Source of the DNA: a virus
IMG/VR virus record: IMGVR_UViG_3300045988_135330
Span: 1 to 13,225 of that record
Length of the DNA: 13,225 nucleotides
Reading direction: 5' to 3' (one strand)
Positions within the stretch are counted from its first letter, which is position 1; the number at the start of each line of letters is the position of its first letter. Shown one piece after another: positions 1 through 4,902 of the stretch. Under the pieces are notes generated by a model. That model saw only the letters and a program-made list of their open reading frames with translations, was not told where the DNA came from and searched no databases. Both the position numbers and the translations under genes were made by a program.

Positions 1-32
1 TTAAAGTACCCCCCTCTCGATAGCAAGCAGGT

Positions 33-129
33 CACTTTCCCACTTTAGCATGGTAAAGTGCTAAAGTGCTAAAGCGATAAAGCAAGACAGCAATGCTTTA
101 GTATAGTAAAGTGTTAAAGCGGTGAAGCG
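33..129. repeat. Terminal arrays of AAAG(T/C)G units in both orientations (mirrored at 13097-13193)
   Basis: CACTTT occurs at 33-38 and 41-46. Four tandem 8-bp units fill 53-84 (GTAAAGTG CTAAAGTG CTAAAGCG ATAAAGCA). GCTTTAG is at 95-101. Three more units fill 106-129 (GTAAAGTG TTAAAGCG GTGAAGCG). The extreme terminus TTAAAGTA (1-8) contains the same core. CACTTTA (41-47) and TAAAGTG (54-60) form an inverted pair. Confidence 0.85.
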
Positions 130-130
130 A

Positions 131-200
131 GTACAAATGATTGGACAGTTGGCGAGTACAAATAATTGGACTGATAAAGCGTACAAATAATTGGACAGTT
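131..200. repeat. Three direct 18-20 bp repeats spaced exactly 25 bp apart (mirrored at 13026-13095)
   Basis: GTACAAATGATTGGACAGTT is at 131-150, GTACAAATAATTGGACTG at 156-173 and GTACAAATAATTGGACAGTT at 181-200. The starts at 131, 156 and 181 are 25 bp apart. Confidence 0.9.
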
Positions 201-260
201 AGAAAATAAAAAAATAATACCTTTACGCAATAAAGAGCAAAAATATTTAGTTAAATAGAA

Positions 261-289
261 TTAACAAATACATAAAAGAAAAATATAAT
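261..289 (+). promoter_or_regulatory. Sigma-A-type promoter, outer one of the left ITR
   Basis: TTAACA (261-266), a 17-nt spacer, then TATAAT (284-289). It reads inward and sits in an A/T-rich context. Confidence 0.55.
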
Positions 290-305
290 GTTTACAAATT
301 ATTCA

Positions 306-334
306 TTGACAATGGCGGTGTAGTGTGGTATACT
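306..334 (+). promoter_or_regulatory. Near-consensus sigma-A promoter with extended -10, inner one of the left ITR
   Basis: TTGACA (306-311), a 17-nt spacer ending in TGG (326-328), then TATACT (329-334). The predicted transcription start is near 341, giving an ~84-nt leader before the ATG at 425. Confidence 0.8.
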
Positions 335-343
335 ATATATAGA

Positions 344-377
344 GTTAAGGGAGAGGACAGGAAAAGAAAACCTTAAC
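344..377 (+). other. Leader hairpin in the ITR 5' UTR (mirrored at 12849-12882)
   Basis: GTTAAGG (344-350) pairs with CCTTAAC (371-377) around a 20-nt purine-rich loop. It lies between the inner promoter and the 16-bp palindrome. The ITR substitution at 360 falls in the loop. Confidence 0.5.
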
Positions 378-393
378 AAATAAAATTTTTAAA

Positions 394-409
394 GTTGCAA
401 CGTTGCAAC
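394..409. promoter_or_regulatory. 16-bp double palindrome GTTGCAACGTTGCAAC, copy 1 (perfect)
   Basis: Exact match read from the sequence. It is preceded by AAA, lies inside ITR-L, and ends 15 nt before the ATG at 425. Confidence 0.9.
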
Positions 410-424
410 AGAAAGGAAAAGACC

Positions 425-1093
425 ATGGAGAACATTATTAAATCAGAAAGCACAAACATCATGAACACATTTAAGAGTAACGCACTCAGAGAAAGTACTC
501 AGCGTATCTTTACAAGAATGGTGAATGTAGAGGATAACAAGAAAGCTATCTGTACAGACCTTGCGGAGATATACAACAAAGGTACATGGAAAGACGATTT
601 CGGCGATTTTGGGGACTACACATTGACAATGTTTAATATCACAAAGTCAACAGCAAGCCGTATGAGAAGAGTTTCCGACAAGTTCATAACTGACATCAAC
701 TCACCGCTTGACGCTGATATGTATACTTTTAATCAGCTTGCTGTACTTGTAACTCTTGACAATGAAGTCATTGAGAACTCAACTGTAAATCCAGATATGA
801 CTATAAAACAGCTGAGAGAATTTGTCAACAGTACAAAGGCTCTTGAAATGAAAGACACAGAGAAAGCAGAGAAAGCAGAGGAAGCAGAGGAAGCAGAGGA
901 AAAGGAAGAGGAAGTAACAACGGCTGATAGTTGCAACGTTGCAACTAATGAAGAGCAAGTTCCAAGAGGTATTCAGCATTTTGCAAGCCTTAAAGATTTG
1001 TCAATCTGGGTAAATGCACTCATGGAGAAAAGAGAAAACCTTGAAAATATCGACATAAGTTTTGACGTTACAACAACACACACTGAGTATTAA
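425..1093 (+). CDS. Early protein, candidate HTH DNA-binding protein with an acidic EKA/EEA repeat (222 aa)
   Basis: The ATG at 425 follows the SD GAAAGGA (411-417). The ORF-track TTG start at 395 lies inside the palindrome and is unlikely. This is the first gene downstream of the ITR promoters. The segment ICTDLAEIYNKGTWKDDFGDFGDYTLTMFNITKSTASRMRRVSDKF has the layout I associate with ParB/KorB-like or DUF3102-like helix-turn-helix regions. The CDS call is strong; the function is tentative. Confidence 0.8.
   Translation: MENIIKSESTNIMNTFKSNALRESTQRIFTRMVNVEDNKKAICTDLAEIYNKGTWKDDFGDFGDYTLTMFNITKSTASRMRRVSDKFITDINSPLDADMYTFNQLAVLVTLDNEVIENSTVNPDMTIKQLREFVNSTKALEMKDTEKAEKAEEAEEAEEKEEEVTTADSCNVATNEEQVPRGIQHFASLKDLSIWVNALMEKRENLENIDISFDVTTTHTEY
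860..913 (+). repeat. Tandem 9-bp coding repeat (GAGRAAGCA-like, 6 units)
   Basis: The units are gagaaagca gagaaagca gaggaagca gaggaagca gaggaaaag gaagaggaa, encoding EKAEKAEEAEEAEEKEEE. This is an in-frame acidic linker in the first CDS. Confidence 0.9.
930..945. promoter_or_regulatory. 16-bp double palindrome, copy 2 (perfect, intragenic)
   Basis: Exact match inside CDS 425-1093, encoding (D)SCNVAT. It ends 178 nt upstream of the next start at 1124. Confidence 0.85.
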
Positions 1094-1103
1094 CTACTCA
1101 GTG
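1081..1103 (+). other. 9-bp stem hairpin enclosing the stop codon of the first CDS
   Basis: CACTGAGTA (1081-1089) pairs with TACTCAGTG (1095-1103). The loop TTAAC contains the TAA stop (1091-1093). No U-tract follows, so it is not a classical intrinsic terminator. Confidence 0.6.
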
Positions 1104-1123
1104 TGAAAAAAGGAGTGATTATA

Positions 1124-1330
1124 ATGAAAAGGCTTTTTAAGTGCGAGCTATGCGGTAAGATTTATGAAGATGAAATAAAAGCTAAACAGTGTGAAAAAGA
1201 GCATGAATACCCATCAGAGGTTAAGCCCCTTGCTTATGGTGAGGGTTCCATATACCCATATAAAGTTAAAGTAAAGTTTGGCAATTGTGAAGCGGTTTAC
1301 AGATATGACAGCGGTTTGTGGGGTATGTAG
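1124..1330 (+). CDS. Small early protein with a zinc-finger-like CxxC-x12-C-x3-H motif (68 aa)
   Basis: The ATG at 1124 lies 8 nt after AGGAG (1111-1115). The track's GTG start at 1103 lies in the hairpin and has no SD. The relevant sequence is KCELCGKIYEDEIKAKQCEKEH. Confidence 0.75.
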   Translation: MKRLFKCELCGKIYEDEIKAKQCEKEHEYPSEVKPLAYGEGSIYPYKVKVKFGNCEAVYRYDSGLWGM

Positions 1331-1332
1331 CT

Positions 1333-1494
1333 ATGAAGATAACGATAAAATCAGTCGTAACAATCCTATTGACAATTGTTTTTTGCCTACTATCATTAGC
1401 AGGAAAGATAACAAGTGAACAGTACATGACAGTTTTTACAACTGTAATCGCATTCTATTTTGGTACTCAGTTTTCAAAAAATGGTAAAGTCTAA
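1333..1494 (+). CDS. Holin candidate (53 aa, two predicted transmembrane segments)
   Basis: This ORF is not in the supplied track, probably because it is too short; I translated it by hand as MKITIKSVVTILLTIVFCLLSLAGKITSEQYMTVFTTVIAFYFGTQFSKNGKV*. It has two hydrophobic stretches and a charged C-terminus. Its TAA overlaps the next ATG (TAATG at 1492-1496), and it lies directly upstream of the endolysin. Confidence 0.65.
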   Translation: MKITIKSVVTILLTIVFCLLSLAGKITSEQYMTVFTTVIAFYFGTQFSKNGKV

Positions 1495-1703
1495 TGTGGA
1501 GTACGATAATAGTTGCGGTGTTATCCCTGATAGGCACATTTATTGGCAGTTATTCAGGGTTTAAGCTAACAGAGTACAGGGTGCAACAATTGGAAAAACG
1601 AGTAGCAGAGCATAACAACTTTGCAAGGCGTTTACCAGTAGTAGAAGAACAAATAAAGGTAATTAACCATAGATTAACAGATTTAGAGGTAAAAGAAAAA
1701 TGA
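1494..1703 (+). CDS. Membrane-anchored coiled-coil lysis accessory protein (XhlA/BhlA-like holin-family layout, 69 aa)
   Basis: An N-terminal hydrophobic segment (WSTIIVAVLSLIGTFIGSYSGF) is followed by a charged helical region (RVQQLEKRVAEHNNF...INHRLTDLEVKEK). The gene is coupled on both sides by overlaps: TAATG upstream and ATGA at 1700-1703. Confidence 0.6.
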   Translation: MWSTIIVAVLSLIGTFIGSYSGFKLTEYRVQQLEKRVAEHNNFARRLPVVEEQIKVINHRLTDLEVKEK

Positions 1704-2368
1704 CGTTTAAGGAATATATTTCTAAAACCCTAGGAAAATCAATTGAGTTTGACGGGGTTTACCCTTATCAGTGTTGCGACTTAGTTAATGACTATATGCA
1801 GAAATGTTTCAATGTTTTTACATACTACCCCTATAATTTTAACGCTCAGCAGTATTTCACAAGGTTCAATGAGGTATCAGCTCTTGTAAAAAATTTTACA
1901 AAAATTTCAAATACTCCTGAGTTTGTACCAATGCAAGGTGATATTTGTATTTTTAAGTCGCCTGACAACATCGGACACATCTCAATAGCAACTGGTGAGG
2001 GAAATACAAGCTATTTTTACAGTTATGACCAAAACTGGAACGGGCACAACTTTGTAGCAAAAGAGAGACATACTTATACTAATTTCTTAGGGGTTCTGAG
2101 ATATAAAGGCAATGCACTTGACACAACAGGACTAAAACGCGGTGATAATAATGCAGGAGTTTACGCTTACAAAATGATGTTAAAATTGGCAAAGACTTGT
2201 AAAATAATTAGTGCAGGTGTTGATTTTAACGGAATTTACGGAAAAGGCACTGAAAAGGCTACAAACGAGATTTTGCGAAAGTTAAAAAAGAAAGAAAACG
2301 GAATAGCAGGAGTAAAACTGGTCAATGCACTTTATGAAGCTATTCTTGACAAAATAGTTAATTTTTAA
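1700..2368 (+). CDS. Endolysin: N-terminal CHAP domain plus C-terminal PG_binding_1-like domain (222 aa)
   Basis: The CHAP catalytic signature is present: YPYQCCDLVNDYM (Cys), GHISIATG (His) and YDQNWN. The C-terminal GDNNAGVYAYKMMLKLA...DFNGIYGKGTEKATNEILRK fits the peptidoglycan-binding repeat pattern. The SD AGAGGT lies 8-9 nt upstream. Confidence 0.9.
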   Translation: MTFKEYISKTLGKSIEFDGVYPYQCCDLVNDYMQKCFNVFTYYPYNFNAQQYFTRFNEVSALVKNFTKISNTPEFVPMQGDICIFKSPDNIGHISIATGEGNTSYFYSYDQNWNGHNFVAKERHTYTNFLGVLRYKGNALDTTGLKRGDNNAGVYAYKMMLKLAKTCKIISAGVDFNGIYGKGTEKATNEILRKLKKKENGIAGVKLVNALYEAILDKIVNF

Positions 2369-2521
2369 CAGTTAATACGTTATGTGAGCATTTAACAATA
2401 CAACAGCAAATTGATAATAATTAACATTACAAAATAAGAGTGCTAAACCGCTATTGTTATTTTAACGTACATAACTATTATATTAAACAAATTACAAAAA
2501 CATGGAAAGAGGTTTTAAAAC

Positions 2522-2860
2522 ATGAACGGATTTAACGTAAACATGACTAAAAAGGATATTTTTAACGCTAAGAGCGGAAGTATCTCAATCAAGACAGCAG
2601 AGGCGAGCGAGTGGAATACTGTTTCTGGTTGTGCAGTGGTAGAAAATGGTGGACTTGACAGAGATAAGAAGCCATGTGATATAGGTTACATTGCTACAGA
2701 TATTGGAGTTTTCGGATTCTCTTCAAAGGTATGCATTGACCACATGGAAGAACTGGCAGATATTCTTAGCGACTGCCTTAATGACGGCGAAGAAGTAAAG
2801 GTAAGATTTGTCAAAGGCAAGTCAACCAAGGGAGAGTTTTATTCAATCCAGGTACAGTAA
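2522..2860 (+). CDS. Single-stranded DNA-binding protein candidate (phi29 p5-like, 112 aa)
   Basis: The SD GAAAGAGG (2505-2512) precedes the start. DIFNAKSG, the central YIATDIGVFGFSSKV and the C-terminal VKVRFVKGKSTKGEFYSIQV resemble phi29 p5 as I recall it (IFNAQTG ... FKVKVVQGTSSKGNVFFSLQL). The size is also similar. Confidence 0.5.
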   Translation: MNGFNVNMTKKDIFNAKSGSISIKTAEASEWNTVSGCAVVENGGLDRDKKPCDIGYIATDIGVFGFSSKVCIDHMEELADILSDCLNDGEEVKVRFVKGKSTKGEFYSIQVQ

Positions 2861-2874
2861 ATAACAAATCGGAA

Positions 2875-2902
2875 AACGTGGCAATAAAAAAGTTGCCACG
2901 TT
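2875..2902 (+). other. 10-bp stem hairpin built from a half-site plus the first part of palindrome copy 3
   Basis: AACGTGGCAA (2875-2884) pairs with TTGCCACGTT (2893-2902) around the loop TAAAAAAG. It lies just after the stop of CDS 2522-2860. Confidence 0.7.
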
Positions 2903-2907
2903 GCAAC
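2892..2907. promoter_or_regulatory. 16-bp double palindrome, copy 3 (variant GTTGCCACGTTGCAAC)
   Basis: One substitution, A to C at 2897. Its reverse complement, GTTGCAACGTGGCAAC, is identical to the variant at 8447. It ends 23 nt before the portal ATG at 2931. Confidence 0.85.
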
Positions 2908-2930
2908 CGATTGAAAAGGGGTGAAGAAAA

Positions 2931-3875
2931 ATGGGTTCAAAAATAAAGCCGTGGAACTGGAGTGAATTCGGAGTTTCAAACATCGATAAAACACAATTAA
3001 CGAGCTACTATTATAAAATGTTGCTAAATCGTGTTATCAATATGTTTACATGGGAGAACTTACCAAATACCATCGATGAACAGGTGATGAACTTTTGGCT
3101 ATTTGTGACAGGAAGAGTTGTGTTTACCGAGTTCAATGGAAAACTGTATGCACTAAATGGAAATTATGGCGGATATCCAAATGAGTACTATTTACCTACA
3201 GAATTTGTTATTGCAAATCCAATTTTAGGAAATAAAATTGTAAAGTTGGACGTTGACGGGGTGGCAATGTTTAATAGCGATACTGACAAATACCCCACAC
3301 AAACAATGACGGGTGGTTTATACCCTATACTAACACTAACGGCAAATATGTTAGCTGATTGTGTGGTAACAATATCCAGTGCATTGAAAAACGGCAGAGT
3401 TCAAACCGCATTTTTGTGCAAAGACGATACGGTAAGAATTGCAGGTGAAAAAGTTTTAAAACAGTTATATAATGGTAACCCCGCTGTCATGATTGACGAC
3501 ACTATACTAAATTGCATTTCGCCAATCAAAATGGCAGATAATACAAGCGTCGCTACAATTCTACAGCAGACGGTTGAAACATATCAATTTTGGCTTGCAA
3601 ATTTTTACAATTCAATTGGAGTAAATGCAAATTTCAATATGAAAAGAGAACGGCTAAATACAGCAGAGGTTAACATCAATGATAGTGCATTGTTTGTGAA
3701 TGTTGTAAATATGCTAAACAACAGACAGCAGGCACTTGAAAAAATTAACAAAATGTTTGGTACAAACATAACTGTTGAGATTTCTGAGGAATGGAAAGAC
3801 TTGACAGAAACTGAGGAAAACCCTACAGAGAAAGAGCCTACAGAGGAAGAGGGGGGAAGACAATGCGGAAGATAA
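2931..3875 (+). CDS. Portal (upper collar / connector) protein, phi29 gp10-like (314 aa)
   Basis: MFTWENLPNTIDEQ matches the FEWENLPPTIN motif I recall near the N-terminus of phi29 gp10. The length (~310 aa) and acidic C-terminal tail also fit. The SD AAGGGGTG lies 7 nt upstream. Confidence 0.85.
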   Translation: MGSKIKPWNWSEFGVSNIDKTQLTSYYYKMLLNRVINMFTWENLPNTIDEQVMNFWLFVTGRVVFTEFNGKLYALNGNYGGYPNEYYLPTEFVIANPILGNKIVKLDVDGVAMFNSDTDKYPTQTMTGGLYPILTLTANMLADCVVTISSALKNGRVQTAFLCKDDTVRIAGEKVLKQLYNGNPAVMIDDTILNCISPIKMADNTSVATILQQTVETYQFWLANFYNSIGVNANFNMKRERLNTAEVNINDSALFVNVVNMLNNRQQALEKINKMFGTNITVEISEEWKDLTETEENPTEKEPTEEEGGRQCGR

Positions 3876-4540
3876 TAACGTTAAATAAATGGGTTGAATT
3901 ATTCCCCACTATACAGACTATTTTTGATAAGGTATCAGCAGACTTGAAAATATTTACAATTTTTACATCAGCTGAAATGTTTTATTATTTTGCAGATAAG
4001 TTTGGCGAGCGTGATTTTTACAAGTTTTATGATAGTGAAAACACAACAAGTAACACTAACATGGTAAAACAAGCAAGCGACTATATAGCATTATATGGAA
4101 AATCTCACAAGTACGAATATGACAAGTTAGTTGACACTCTATCATTGGAATATAATCCCATTGAAAACTATTCCATGACAGAAAAAGGAACAGACACAAG
4201 AACACCAAACATCACGCAAACAAACAAGGGTGTAAATACAAATACTGTAGGTGTTGACACATCAATTACAACTGGAAAGACAACTTTTGACAAATTTGAT
4301 AGTTTTATCAATGATACAAAAACTACCAATACGGGAACTAATACCGATACGCAGGATATAAACACTACAGTTACCACGGCAGGAAATGAAAAAACTGTAC
4401 ATGAATTTACAAGAAGTGGTAATATAGGAGTTACAACGTCACAGCAGATGATTGAAAGCGAAAGAGAGTTAGCAATGTTCTCTGTAGTTGATTTATTTGC
4501 GAAAGCTATAGCTGATATAATTCTAATCGGCGTATATTAA
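3863..4540 (+). CDS. Lower collar (tail tube) protein candidate, gp11-like (225 aa)
   Basis: It follows the portal gene with a 13-nt overlap and has the strong SD GAGGGGGGA. LEYNPIENY and GNIGVTTSQQMIESE are motifs I associate with lower collar proteins of small podophages. There is a central Thr/Asn-rich low-complexity stretch. Confidence 0.6.
   Translation: MRKIITLNKWVELFPTIQTIFDKVSADLKIFTIFTSAEMFYYFADKFGERDFYKFYDSENTTSNTNMVKQASDYIALYGKSHKYEYDKLVDTLSLEYNPIENYSMTEKGTDTRTPNITQTNKGVNTNTVGVDTSITTGKTTFDKFDSFINDTKTTNTGTNTDTQDINTTVTTAGNEKTVHEFTRSGNIGVTTSQQMIESERELAMFSVVDLFAKAIADIILIGVY
4513..4521 (+). promoter_or_regulatory. Extended -10 promoter candidate (TGATATAAT)
   Basis: TG-A-TATAAT lies at 4513-4521, inside the 3' end of the lower-collar gene and 20 nt upstream of palindrome copy 4. 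There is no good -35. Confidence 0.35.
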
Positions 4541-4541
4541 A

Positions 4542-4557
4542 GTTGCAACGTTGCAAC
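4542..4557. promoter_or_regulatory. 16-bp double palindrome, copy 4 (perfect)
   Basis: Exact match, preceded by AAA. It starts 1 nt after the lower-collar stop and ends 24 nt before the ATG at 4582. Confidence 0.9.
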
Positions 4558-4581
4558 TAGGAAAGGAGAAAAAATAAAAAA

Positions 4582-4902
4582 ATGCAAAAAGTGAGAAGTC
4601 CAACTTTTGCTGAAAATTATGTCAATTTAGCGAGAGCAGTTGTATTAAAAGTAGTAGTAGATACACTCCAAAACAAGGAAGATTTAAAAGACTATATTTT
4701 ATATAGTGATGATTTTGTGTTTTGGTTATGCCTTGCAGATTGGTTAAAATATGAAAATGTTATTAAAGATAAGGTTTCATGTTTTAAAGGGATTGACAAT
4801 ACGCTAAGAAAGAAACTAAATAACTATTATCGCTTAAAAGGCGAAGAAATGAAAAGAGGTAAATTATATGAAAGTTACACAAATTGCCACAATTTTGAAT
4901 GA
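4582..4902 (+). CDS. Hypothetical protein (106 aa), located where phi29 carries its scaffold gene
   Basis: The ORF follows palindrome copy 4 and AGGAAAGGAG, although the SD-to-ATG spacing of ~13 nt is long. It overlaps the capsid gene by 35 nt. I recognise no motifs. Confidence 0.55.
   Translation: MQKVRSPTFAENYVNLARAVVLKVVVDTLQNKEDLKDYILYSDDFVFWLCLADWLKYENVIKDKVSCFKGIDNTLRKKLNNYYRLKGEEMKRGKLYESYTNCHNFE

Larger units (their letters stand above)
1..417. repeat. Left inverted terminal repeat (ITR-L)
   Basis: Aligned by eye, 1-417 is the reverse complement of 12808-13225. The copies are identical over 1-327. After that there are 2 substitutions (328 and 360, G here versus A in the right copy) and one T-run length difference (386-390 is T5 versus T6). 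The match stops at 417/12808, a few nt before the flanking start codons. Confidence 0.97.

Noticed and set aside
201-300. The A-tract-rich segment of the ITR as a separate element, such as a curved-DNA origin component or a small ORF
   Set aside because: It contains no ORF. The A/T tracts are not in a clean helical phase that I can verify by eye, and they are adequately explained as UP-element-like flanks of the two ITR promoters.
395-424. N-terminal extensions in the ORF track: 395 (MQRCN...), 1103, 8611, 11295 and the minus-strand 12822 (MQQKG...)
   Set aside because: The starts at 395 and 12822 lie inside the 16-bp palindrome and would place the SD within the coding region. In every case a downstream ATG with a properly spaced SD gives a more plausible start (425, 1124, 8668, 11385, 12798).
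733-979. Minus-strand ORFs 733-936 and 779-979 opposite the first early gene
   Set aside because: They are the antisense reading of the GAG/GAA/GCA acidic repeat, giving Ser/Phe/Leu/Cys-rich low-complexity peptides. They have no SD and no leftward promoter, and they lie fully inside a well-supported plus-strand CDS.
1369-1396. TTGACA-16-TATCAT promoter-like sequence inside the holin candidate, plus other isolated TTGACA hexamers (for example 624, 2118, 2655, 4793, 11103 and 12065)
   Set aside because: These lack an acceptable -10 at 16-18 nt, or lie where a transcript start would make little sense. Such matches are expected by chance in AT-rich DNA, so I did not annotate them.
3863-3875. The portal/lower-collar 13-nt overlap, and the 4868-4902 overlap, as programmed frameshift sites
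   Set aside because: Each downstream gene has its own ATG with a strong, well-spaced SD (GAGGGGGGA and AAGAGGT). No slippery heptamer is present, so ordinary overlapping genes are the simpler reading.
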